Of a stretch of DNA of 64,000 bases, positions 33,301 through 44,735 are shown piece by piece. Position 1 is the first letter of the stretch. Each line of letters opens with the position of its first letter. The notes under the pieces were generated by a model, which had not been told where the DNA came from, ran no database searches, and was given only the letters and a program-made list of their open reading frames with translations. Source of the stretch: Malacoraja senta (taxonomy: Eukaryota); NCBI GenBank assembly GCA_038087875.1, contig CM075988.1, positions 5,270,001-5,334,000 on the forward strand. Reading direction: 5' to 3'. The position numbers and the translations under genes were made by a program.

Positions 33301-35110
33301 TCTCTGGGATAAGAATAGGTTGATGTAGAAACATTGGCAAAATGCCTTACACACTAACCTCTGTAAGTTCCAAGTAGGAACAGTTTGGTTACCCTGGATC
33401 GGGGTAGACCATCATGAAACTGGCTGGCCATACGAGTCATAGTGACCAGAGAAGCACTGCTTCATCATCTATGAGAATCCCGTGACTCGGGAAGCCACTT
33501 TCTGCATGATAGAATCAATTTATGTGGCATGAGAGCCAGACCCAGGGGCAGTGGCGATAGATGCATTCTCGCTACATTGTCAGGCATTTTCGTAGTGCCT
33601 GACTGGCCTATGCAGCCATGGTTCCCGCTGATGTTGGGAATGATAATAGAACCTTATATGGTTATATCTAAACACAAAATTGCTGGTTCATCCCGTGACG
33701 GGAAACCATCCTCTGCATGTAAAATCAATTTATTGTCTTGCAGACTCTGAGAAGACCATTCCTGCGGCTCGGGTTGTCAGACCGATCCATTGACGTGCTC
33801 ACTGCAGATTGCAGGGATAGCACCAAAAAAGCAGTACATTTCCTCATCAGGAGATGGGAAGTGTTTTGTTTAAATGCTAATATTACATATAATACGGCAC
33901 GGATAACTGACGTCTTGGAGTTCATTTTCAAATTTTGACAAAAAATTAAGTTATAGTGCCATTAATTGTGCCAAAAGTGCCTTCTCATCATATTTGCTGC
34001 AGGGATCGGGACCCACTCTGTCGGGTCTCACCCTCTGATATCCAGATTTATGAAGGATATCTTTAACACAAATTCTCCCAGGCCCAGGTACACGGAAGTA
34101 TGCGATATTAACATTGTGTTAGCACTACTTCGCCGGTGGGCTCCAGCTACGGCTGAACAGAATGGTTATATCTACCAACAAATAACGTTCTATGTAAATT
34201 AGTTATTAAACTAAGCAGACCGGGGGCGTTGGGTCTAAAGCTGGAATTCTGGCATATCCTATGGACCATAGATTGTGTGTTGTCACACATATTCATCAAC
34301 ATTTTAAGGCTACAATGAAACTTAGAAGCACTGAGCTAGCAATGTTCATTAGCCACAAAAAAACACTCAACAGGGTTTCAGTGCAGACCATCTCCAGATG
34401 GATTAGATATGTATTGGCTTGTGCAGGAGTGAACACTGACGTTTTTAAATCCCACTCCACCAGGGCTGCGATAACATCAGCAGCAAGGTTCATGGAGGTT
34501 CTGCTGGACAGCACCCTAGCGACAGTAGAATGGTCAAATGAGCGGACTTTCCAAACCTTTTATAATAAACCGATTGCCAGGCCGGGTTTGCTTGCCATCT
34601 CAAGTTTAAGTTCTATTCAATAATTTGCTTATTATTTGCTTATTATTAGCATCAGCATGTTTAAATCTATGTCATGTCTGAATGCATTGTTATTTTTCAC
34701 TCATCTTTGGTCAACTGAGGCAATGTGTTGCATGGACTCATGTTCACGGCATGAAATCACAGAGCTTTGAAATCTTCATGTAGTCACTCACGTGACTCCA
34801 AAGTAAAATAGTAAGATTAAACGAGAACTTACCAGTTTGAAGTTTGATCTTTATTTTATGAGGAGTTACGATGAGGGATTACGTGCCCTCCGCTCCCAAC
34901 CCTCTTCTCATAAAGGTCATCTGTTAGTTCTAGTTTCTTGAATCTTCCTATATACAGTTCAACAACTGTTATCTGTGATTTCACACCGCTACTTTGAAGG
35001 TTGACGCGCATGCGGACTGGCGGGCTCTTCACGTAATCCCTCATCGTAACTCCTCATAAAATAAAGATCAAACTTCAAACTGGTAGGTTCTTGTTTAATC
35101 TTACTATTTT
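30386..35110 (+). mobile_element. DIRS1-like tyrosine-recombinase retrotransposon: complete termini, degenerate ORFs
   Basis: Inverted terminal repeats 30412-30446 / 35001-35035. ICR 34773-34885 is complementary to both outer ends. Gag-like ORF 31071-31757 (LKVPAVN...IRPALNP...LLFGEDL), RT remnant ~32145-32260 (KKDGGCRI...HFKME), VVPDWPMQPWFP, and YR motif TISRWI...FKSHSTRAA...FYNKPI. Confidence 0.93.
32481..32890. repeat. 90-bp tandem repeat (about 4 copies) inside the DIRS element
   Basis: CTGGTTCAGGGTT... starts at 32481, 32571, 32661, 32750, with a degenerate copy at 32876. Confidence 0.9.
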
Positions 35111-35229
35111 ATAATCTAGATATTTCAGCAATAAGTATAGGGCCATGGAGAGTAAGAAGAACCAGAGGTCTTACCTTCCACATCCACTGGGCCACCCTTA
35201 ATTTTGTTGCATACTAGTCAGTCATTATA

Positions 35230-35810
35230 ATCGGCCGTCTACTGTGCACAGATAAACGATAAAGGGTACAACATTTAGTGCAAGATAAAGTCTGATTAAA
35301 AGTAGGTCAAAGATCTCTAATGAGGTAGATCAGAGGTCAGGAACACACTCTAGCTGGTCAGAGGACGGTTCAGTTGCCTGCTAACCGCTGGAAATAAACT
35401 GTCCCTGAATCTGGAAGTGTGCGTTTTCACATTTCTGTACCTCTTGCCTGATGGGAGAGGGGAGTAGAGGGAGTGACTGGGGTGAGTGGTCCTTGATTAT
35501 GCTGCTGGTCTTGCTGAGGCAGAGCGATGTGTCGATGGAGTCAACGGAAGGAAGGTTGGATTGTGTGATGGTCTGCGCTGCATCCACAATTCTCTGCAAT
35601 TTCATGCGGTTTTGGATGGAGCTGTTCCCAGCAAAATTCTTCCTTAGGTGCATCTGTAGGAGTTGTTGAGGGTTGTTGAGGGCATGCCGATCTTCCCAAG
35701 CCTTCTAAGGAAGTAGAGGCATCGTTGTGCTTTTTTGGCCATAGGTTTCGTGTGGCTGGTTCAGGATATCTTGCTGGTGATAGTTATTCCTAAAAACTTG
35801 AAGCTGTCGA
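35230..35810 (-). mobile_element. Rex1/Babar-type LINE 3' fragment
   Basis: Reverse complement of the 28260-28780 family. Confidence 0.85.
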
Positions 35811-37601
35811 ACATACAAGATACATTTATTTGTCACCAATTGGTACAGTGAAATGTGTGGTCGCCATACAGCCATAGGAATAATAAAGAGCACAGAACAC
35901 GATAGTCTTTAACACAGACATCCCCACACAGCGGGATCAAAGTTTCCCACTGTGAGGGAAGGCTCCAAAATTCAGTCATCCTCCTCTGTTGTCCTCCCGT
36001 GGTCGGGGGGGGGAGGGCTCTCGAACCTCCTGCTGTCGCCGCTACGGGCGGCCCGATGTTCAGGCCCGCTCGCTGGGGTGATGGAAGCCCGACGTCGGTA
36101 GATCAAGGCTGCTTGGTAAATGTGTGCCATATCCAGCTTCTCGAAGCACTATAATATTGTGACTGTGCAAAAGTTGGATGTAAAATGACTTTGTTTAGCA
36201 CAAGCAGGTCTTGTGGGGAATCTATTTATCCTCTCCTCTCCTTGCCTGATACTCTGCACGATAATAAAGTTTTATACCTCTCAAAAGATAACAATAAGCA
36301 ATTAAGTACTGTTTCAATCGCTATAAGTACCTACTATATCATTTTGGGTGTGGACTGCAGGATTACATCTTGAATTATCAATATTTATATCAACATTGAT
36401 ATCAATATCAATATCACCTATTCCTTTTCTCCAGAGATGCTGTCTGACTCGCTGAGTTACTCCAGCTTTTTGTATTTATCTTCGGTTTAAACCCAGCATC
36501 TGCAGTTCTTTCCTGCACATTCTAAATGACAGACTTCTTTGAATATTCAGATCCTAGTGACTAGTCTGAGGCGTTCTGAGCTCCAAACCACAGTCACCCA
36601 AGAGTGTGCCACTTTTGTTACTGTGTGGAGGGATGGCTCCCTGGTTATAAGAACTGGCAGAATATTAATTGGCATTGCAACCACGTCTTAAACTGTGCAT
36701 TAAGTGGCAGGGGTATGCATATAATGGTGTGTTAGTACAGGAGATGGCCACTTAAAGCTTTCCTTGATCTCATCAAGGGAGTTTCAATTGGCTTGAACGT
36801 TTATTTATTGTCTTTCCCTCCTGAGTTACAAAGGTACGGAATTAGGATGCTCTTCTCTCTATGGTTTTGTTAGCCTAGAAGTACCATTCTTCAAGTGGAT
36901 GTTACAATGTTTAATAGAGTGGTGTCGCACGGGAATCGAATATTAATCACCTCGTCGGTTCCTAAAGCAAATCTGTTATGTTGCCTCCCATTTTGAAACT
37001 GGCAGCCTGTGTTCTGAAGAGGCGATGGTTCCTGATCACAGAGGGAGTGGTGGAGGTGGCGAGGGGGGGGGGTGGATATGTTGTTACATATAAAATGATT
37101 TGTTTGAAGACTGGTTCTTGTTTAAATTAACTAGGTGCTCTATTACTTCTGAAGGTGCATCAATAATCCTAAAAAAATGGCATCATTAATAAAACATAAA
37201 ATTTAAACCAATAATTATGAGAAATGACTGAAAATAGAGGTAGAGAGTGAGAAGAAACCAGTTGATAAGGTCATAAGTGATAGGAGCTGAATTAGGCCAT
37301 TTGGCCCATCAAGTCTACTCCGCCATTCAGTCATGGCTGATCTATCTCTCCCTCCTAACCCCGTTCTCCTGTTTTCTCCCCATAACCCCAGACACCTGTA
37401 CTAATCAAGAATGTATCTATCTCCACCTTAGTTCAGTTGTTCTTACGAAGAACATATATTATTTATTCGTCAGAACTTTGAATTTAATAATATTTATTAC
37501 TCATATATTATTCACAGTATTCATAAATTGGGAAATGCCTGTATCTGGTTTCATTTTATCCAAGCTAGATTCTGTCTTATTCCATTGAGGTTACTCATCC
37601 T

Positions 37602-37729
37602 ATGGGGTGGGAGATTGCAACCTTCATGTGGTCCACCCTGTTTCTACGATGTGCACAAACAAATAGATCAAATAGAACAAGTTGCCTTACAACTTTAGGC
37701 TGTGCACGCCATATGCAAGAAGAAGAAGG
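37602..37729 (+). mobile_element. Short Ingi/Vingi-related SINE-like element with 5' HDV-like ribozyme fold and (GAA)n tail
   Basis: TSD CATCCT (37596-37601, 37730-37735); P1 GGGGTGG/CCACCCT, P3 ACC/GGT, L3 TTCATGT; GAAGAAGAAG tail. Confidence 0.65.
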
Positions 37730-38073
37730 CATCCTGCAATTAACAAGTCCATTGAACTTAGAACAAAGAACAGGACAAAACAGGAATAGGCCCCTCGGTC
37801 CACAATGGCTGTGCCAACTATGAAGCTAATTTAAACTACACAACTGCCTGCAAGTGATCTATAGTCCTCAATTCCCTGCCTGCTGATGTGCCTATCTAAA
37901 TCACTCTAAACATTGCTATCCTATCTGCATCCTCCCCTGTCCCAGGCTGTACGTTCCCGAGCCTAACCACTCTGTGCAAAAAAAACTTGCCACATAAATC
38001 TCTTTGATCTTATCTCCTCTCACCTAAAACCTGTGGCCTCTAATATTTGACAATTCCACTGTGAGAAAATGAG

Positions 38074-38184
38074 TCTGTCTGTCCGTCCATCCGTCCGTCC
38101 GTCCGTCCGTCCGTCCGTCCATCCGTCCGTCCGTCCGTCCGTCCGTCCGTCCGTCCGTCCGTCCGTCCGTCCGTCCGTCCGTCC

Positions 38185-38251
<67 letters not shown>

Positions 38252-38264
38252 AGTCAGTCAGTCA
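38074..38264. repeat. Compound tetranucleotide microsatellite (GTCC)n(GTCT)n(GTCA)n
   Basis: Direct reading. Confidence 0.98.
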
Positions 38265-38663
38265 GGGAGTCTGTCAGCCTCCGACCCAACTTTACGCAAC
38301 GTCGCCTTACAGCAATATTCTTTTATCAAGGCAGCATCCCGCTAAGCCTCTTCTGAAGGAATGAATGATACTTCATTATCACATGTGATGTGTCATAGTG
38401 AAAGTCTTTGTTTTGCTACCGTACACAAGGTATGCAAAGAGTCGCCACCTAAAAGGCGTCAACAATGTTACAAAGTGTTCAATGTGGTCCCAAAGGACCC
38501 TCTTAGTTCTCTACGCCCCCCCCCCCCCCCCCCCCACGCTGGGACCCTCTTCTTCAATAAATAGTTTCCTGGAGATCCACTAGCTTCAGGAAAATCATTG
38601 CTTCAGCCACATACATAAAGATTAACAAGTGATCACCCCCCATCAGAACATTAGTGGTCCTAC

Positions 38664-39170
38664 TGTGTAGGAAGCTACTGCAGATGCTGGTTTACACTGA
38701 GGATAGACACAAAAAAGCTGGAGTAACTCAGCCGGGCAGGCAGCATCATGGATAGAAGGAATGGGTGACTTTTCCGGTCGAGACCCTTCTTCAGACTGAG
38801 TCAGGGGAGAGGGAGACAGAGATATGGAAGGATAAGGTGTGAAAATGAGACATCAAAGGGGACAAAAATCAAGGAAAATGTAGAATAGATAATTGTTAGT
38901 TAGGTGAAGGAGACAATGAAGCATATAAAGATAAAATCTCTGAGTGAGTAGGAAAGCACGGGTTACTTGAAGTTAGAGGTCAATATTCATACTGCCGGGG
39001 TGTAAGCTGTCCAAACAAAATATGAGGTGCTGTTCCTCCAATTTGCATTGGACCTCACTCTGATAGTGGAGAAGACTCAGGAGAGAAAGGTCAGTGTGGG
39101 AATGGAGGGAGAGTTATTGTCTTTAGCAACCGGGAGATCAGATAGGTTTAGATGGACTGAGGGGAGGTGT
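38664..39170 (-). mobile_element. Penelope-derived 3' fragment including the endonuclease C-terminus
   Basis: Tail motif plus ATATGAGGTGCTGTTCCTCCAATTTGC (KLEEQHLIF on minus). Confidence 0.85.
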
Positions 39171-39179
39171 CTTACTTGC

Positions 39180-40018
39180 AAGTGAAATCGACCGACTGAC
39201 CAAATGGTGCCAGCACAATAACCTGGCCCTCAACACCAGCAAAACCAAGGAACTAATTGTGGACTTTGGAAGGGGTAGGATGGGGACCCACAGTCCTGTT
39301 TATATCAATGGGTCGATGGTGGAGAGTGTCAAGAGCTTCAAATTCCTGGGCGTGCATATTTCTGAAGATCTCTCCTGGTCCGAGAACACTGATGCAATTA
39401 TTAAGAAAGCACATCAGCGTCTCTACTTCCTGAGAAGATTACGGAGAGTCGGTTTGTGAAGGAGGACTCTCTCGAACTTCTACAGGTGCACAGTAGAGAG
39501 CATGCTGACCGGTTACATCGTGGCTTGGTTCGGCAACTTGTGCGCCCAGGAGCGGAAAAGACTACAAAAAGTAGTAAACACTGCCCAGTCCATCATCGGC
39601 TCTGACCTCTCTACCATCGAGGAGATCTATCACAGTCGCTGGCTCAAAAAGGCTGGCAGCATCATCAAGGACCCACACAATTCTGGCCACACACTCATCT
39701 CCCTGCTACCTTCAGGTAGAAGATACAGGAGCCTGAAGACTGCAACGTCCAGGTTCAGGAATAGCTACTTCCCCACAGCCATCAGGCTATTAAACTCAAC
39801 TGAAACAAATCTCTGAACATTAATAGACCATTATCTGTTTATTTGCACTTTATCTGCTTATTTATTGATGTGTGTATATATTTATATAATGGTATATGGA
39901 TTCACTGATCTGTTCTGTATTCATGCCTACTATATTCTGTTGTGCTGAAGCAAAGCAAGAATTTGATTGTCCTATCTGGGACACATGACAATAAACTCTC
40001 TTGACTTGACTTGACTTG
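39180..40018 (+). mobile_element. Rex1/Babar-type LINE 3' part with (CTTGA)n tail
   Basis: VESVKSFKFLGVHISEDLSWS...KKAHQRLYFLRRLR; LLPSGRRYRSL...FRNSYFPTAIRLLN. Confidence 0.92.
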
Positions 40019-42834
40019 TCTTGCTCCATGCTGAACACAAAGTGGAAACTAATTCCTATAGCAAACCTTATTCGATCTCTTTTTATCCATCAATCCCTCA
40101 TGGGTTTAAAAAACTGGGATATCCCTGACAGATCTTATCCCAGTCACTAGCCTCAATCTTGTAGCATTTGCTGCTATTCCAATTCCCCAAACACTTATAA
40201 AAACAAATGCATCTCTCCATTTCAGATGCTTATCAATGCATCTCCAAAGATAAGCCAGGGACAGCAGAGCCGGCATGAATGGCTTACTGCTTCTAATGAT
40301 GGTGCTGGAGTTTCTGGTTTCGATATCCGCTTTCTCTTTTAAATTAAAAATCCCCACCTTCATCTTCAGAACTAGCAGCTAACAATTCAGCCAGCTCTTG
40401 ATTTTGAATTAGACCCAAGGAACTGCAGGGTGGTTCTCAAAAATAGTCAAAGTGCTGGAGTACGGGTCCCGACTAAAAATGTTGCCAATCCACGTCCTCC
40501 AGAGATGCAGCCTGACCTGCTGAGTTACTCCAGCACGTTGTGCATTGATTTTGAGTCATTACACTGACGCTGATAAATAGATGTTCACCCTCTCCAAAGC
40601 CTCCACATCCTTCCTGTAAAGGGCCGCCCAAACTGCAAGTCTGGCCTTAAACAAGATGACGATGAAATTTGGATTAAGCAACCCGATCAAGGAGGGCAAG
40701 AATGTCATACGCCTTCTTTATTATCCTAACCATTTGTGATGCCAACTTGAGGGAGCTGCGGACTTGTACCCCAAGATCCCTCTGCGCATCAATGCTCCTC
40801 ACGGTGCCACCAAATGAGGAGATGGTCTTGCAGAGTGAGTTATTTTGAGAAAGGGAAAGTAGTCAAAAGATAAATTGTTGAAGGTGAGGCCAAGTTCTGC
40901 CGGGCAGAGGAGAGTGTTAGTAGAGGTGAACTGATTGGGAGACTGTCTTCAACGGTGTCGTTTTGAGATGTGTGCATCTTTCCTGCAAAGTGTTTGACTT
41001 TGTCTTTCTGCTTTATCTATCATTAACTTAAATCTTGTGAACTGATGATTATTACTCCCATATTTTATTTTCCCACTGACTCTTGGGCTACCTCATCCCC
41101 TCCAAACCATGTTCAGTAGAAGGGTCTCAACCTGAAACGTCACCTATTCCTTTTCTCCAGAGATGCTGTCTGACCCGCTGATTTACTCCAGCTTTTGTGT
41201 CCATCTTCAGTAACGCCTCCTTCCACACTGGGATAGAAACATACTTAAAAACTGAGCAAGTCCATGAATTCCTCCTTCACTTTGCATTGTACTCTAACAT
41301 TATTCCAGTCAATTATAATTGCTTTGGCAATGGCAAACACCCCAAATCACCATTCAAAGTTGCTGTACAGATGTAGTAGGCTCTTGCCTTCCTCATGCTC
41401 TCTGGAGACCAATAGATTATTTCCAATTGTTTTGCCTTCTGCTTCATCAAGTTGATTAAAATGCACCTTATTAATAATAATTAAACCATTAAATGAAAAT
41501 ATTATAAAACATACAAAATAACATTGACCTTTCTCCTTGCTTTTCAGGACATGCCCAGGATTCACAGGTCTTCCATAATCTTCCAGCAGAGTTGCAAGAA
41601 GACCAGGAATTGATAAATGTGGTACCTATGTTCAACAAGGAGTTAGGGGCATGTCAGGCAGCTCAGGCCAGTTGGTCAGCCTTGGCTGTGGAGAAGCTTA
41701 TAGAGACAAGAATCGGGGAGAATCTTAATCGGTGCTTGGAGACGTTTGATCTGATAAAGCACAGCTTTGTTAAAGTGTGAGATAATATAGAGGTTTTAAT
41801 GGATGGAGCAGATGTCATCCATTGGATTTTCCAAGGTATTTGATGAAGTCCCACACAAAATGTTGGTCAGCACACTTAACGTTTAAAGTAAAGGATCAGT
41901 AGTAGTATGGAGAGAAGTAGACCTGAGGAACTTCAGATGCTGAAATTCTGAGCCCAAAAATACAAAGTGCTGGAGTAACTCAATGGGTTACGCTGCACCT
42001 CTGGAGAACATGGGTGGATGACATTTTGCATTGGGACCATTCTTCAGATTGATTGTAGAAGTAGGGAGAAGGCTGGAAGAGTGTGTTAGAGGAGATTACT
42101 TTAAAGGTACATGGATTTTAATCATTCAATGCACAAGCACTGTGAGCCATCACTTCTGGCTGTGTTAATGGCCTTGTGGAATTGAAGGTTGGTAGACCAC
42201 AAGGGAGATGGTGTATTTGCCTCAGGCTGAGGAAGATTGCGTCTGCCCTTAGGCCAATGTCGTCAATCACTACTTTTGTTTAATATATGTTACTGATTTT
42301 GATGGGTATTCAAAATAAAATTCCAAATTTGCCAATGACACAAAGCTTGGAATAAAAAGTGGAAACTCTCAGCAGGTGAGGCCGTAATCGTAAAAAATAG
42401 AGAAGCCCGACATCCTTTGTCTGCAATAGGAAAAATTGGAAGTGCAGTAAAAGGCTATAAGGTTAAATGCCGCAAAAGAGTAAGGTTTTGGATTGTTTTC
42501 TATGGAACATCGGAGGCTCATCGAGTCCGTACCGAACAGCGATCCCCACACACGGACACTATCACACACTAAAGCCCCCTGTCCCACTTAGGAAACCTGA
42601 ACGGAAACCTCTGGTGACCTTGCGCCCCACCCAAGGTTTCCATGAGTCGCCAGAGGTTTTGGTCACTCGCCTGGAAAGCCTCGACCGAAGCGTGAGCTGC
42701 ATCTACTGACCAAAAATCCTACAGGATCTTTGCTACCGACCGCACACACACACACACACACACAAACACACCGCGAAGGTGGGGCTGTCTGCGCGATGAA
42801 GAGGAAGGTAAACGGCTGCCACAGAGCACGGTAA

Positions 42835-43140
42835 TGGCCCTGTCTCCCGGTGCGAGTCCATCCACGAGTGATCCCGAGTTTAAAACAAATCAAACTCGTG
42901 GTAATTACGTAGAATTAACGTAGCGGGAACGTCGGAACTCGTAACACTAACGGCAGGTACTCGTGAAACTTGTTAACTCGTGAAAATCTTTCAACATGTT
43001 AATAAGTTTCCCGAGTACCTGCCGTAAGCGTTACGAGTGCCGACGTTCCCGCTACGTTAATTCTACGTGATTACCACGAGTTTGATTTGTTTTAAACTCG
43101 GGATCACTCGTGGGTGGACTCGCACCGTGAGACAGGGGTT
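42835..43140. mobile_element. Nested Harbinger-type fold-back MITE
   Basis: CCCTGTCTCCCGGTGCGAG... / ...CTCGCACCGTGAGACAGGG; TAA at 42832-42834 and 43141-43143; almost fully palindromic. Confidence 0.88.
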
Positions 43141-43159
43141 TAAGTCCTTTAGAGAGCGC

Positions 43160-43405
43160 GGGAGGGAGGAAGAGAGGACAGAGAAGGGGAGAGAAGGACA
43201 GAGAAGGGGAGAGCGAAGGGGAGAGCGAAGGGGAGAGAGAAGGGGAGAGAGAAGGGGAGAGAGAAGGGGAGAGAGAAGGGGAGAGAAGGGGAGAGAAGGG
43301 AAGAGAAGGGGAGAGAATGGGGAGAGATGGGGAGAGAAGGGGAGAGAAGGGCAGATAAGGGGGAGAAGGGGAGTGAAGGGAGAGAAGGGGGGGAGAAGGA
43401 GTGGA
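43160..43405. repeat. Purine-rich (GAGAGAAGGGGA)n 12-bp repeat
   Basis: Direct reading. Confidence 0.92.
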
Positions 43406-44349
43406 GACAGTTTTAAGAAGTTTAATAAAGTTAGCGGGCATTTTACCTTCCGGCAGATCTTCTAGGTCCTGAAAACCAAAGATCGCTGAAAACTCCAATG
43501 AGCCAATCAAAATGGCCGGTCAGCGAAGGAGATTGCCTTCGACTGCCTGTAAGTAAATAGCGACCCCACTCCACTGGCTTCGACCAAACGGCAAACTATT
43601 TTTAGTCGAGGCTGGTTTTGAATTTGTTGAAATAATTGCAGGAACATAGAAGAAGCCTTGACTAGCGGAAACCAATTTCGACAATTAGGGAGAGTAACCT
43701 CCGAGAACCTCATCGAAACCTTGGGTGGGGCGCAAGGTCACCAGAGGTTTCCGTTCAGGTTTCCTAAGTGGGACAGGGGCTTAAGGGCAATTTATACATT
43801 TATACCAAGCCAATGAACCTACAAACCTGTACGTCTTTGGAGTGTGGGAGGAAATCGAAGTTATCTGAGAAAATCCACGCAAGTCACGGGGAGAACGTGC
43901 AGTCAGCATCCGCAACCAGGATCGAACCGGGGTCTCTGGCGCTGTAAGCGTTGTAAGTCAGCAACTACTGCTGCACCTTCTATACGTGGTGGAAGTATAT
44001 ACAATTATGAGAGGTATAGAAAGGATGGATGGGCAGAACCTTTTTCCCAGAGTGGAAATGTCCAATGCTAGAGGGCATAGATATAAGGTGAGAGGGAGTA
44101 AAATTTAGTGGAGATTTGTATGCCAAGTTTTTTACACAGAGAGTGTTGGGCGCTTAGTATGTACTGCCAGGGGTGGAGGTGGAGGCAGATACGATGGTGA
44201 CGTTTAAGAGGCTTTTGGATAGGCATGCGAAAGTGCAGAGAATAGAGGGATATGAATCATGTACAGGCAGATGAAATCAAATTAACTTGGCATCATGTTT
44301 AGCACAAACATGGGCCAAAGGGCCCGCTCTCCGAGCTGTAGTGTTGTAT

Positions 44350-44535
44350 CGAAGATAGGCACAAAATGCTGGAGTAACTCAGCGGGACAGGCAGATTTCA
44401 GACTGGAGAAGGGTCTCGACCCGAAACGTCACCCATTCCTTCTCTCCAATGACGCTGCCTGTCCCGCTGAGTTACTCCAGCTTTTTGTGTCTATCATCGG
44501 TTAAAACCAGCATCTGCAGTTCTTTCCTACACATA
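44350..44535. mobile_element. 186-bp Penelope-derived fold-back insertion (subfamily 1)
   Basis: Inverted arms GCTGGAGTAACTCAGCGGGACAGGCAG / CTGCCTGTCCCGCTGAGTTACTCCAGC; flanked by CTGTAGTGTTGTAT. Confidence 0.85.
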
Positions 44536-44549
44536 CTGTAGTGTTGTAT

Positions 44550-44735
44550 TAAAGAAGGAACTGCAGATGCTGGAAAATCGAAGGTACACAAAAATGCTGG
44601 AGAAACTCAGCAGGTGCAGCAGCATCTATGAAGCGAAGGAAATAGGTACCGTTTCGGGTCTGAAGAAGGGTTTCGGCCCGAAACGTTACCTATTTCCTTC
44701 GCTCCATAGATGCTGCTGCACCTGCTGAGTTTCTC
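44550..44735. mobile_element. 186-bp Penelope-derived fold-back insertion (subfamily 2)
   Basis: Inverted arms GGAGAAACTCAGCAGGTGCAGCAGCATCTATG / CATAGATGCTGCTGCACCTGCTGAGTTTCTCC; flanked by CTGTAGTGTTGTAT. Confidence 0.85.

Larger units (their letters stand above)
42573..43781. mobile_element. PIF/Harbinger-type non-autonomous DNA transposon
   Basis: ~68-bp TIRs AGCCCC(C)TGTCCCACTTAGGAAACCTGAACGG...; TAA TSD (42570-42572, 43782-43784); inserted in a V-SINE. Confidence 0.9.

Noticed and set aside
41530..41870. Possible exon after TTGCTTTTCAG
   Set aside because: Translation resembles decayed CR1 ORF2 (NVVPMFNK...DFPR/VPH region).
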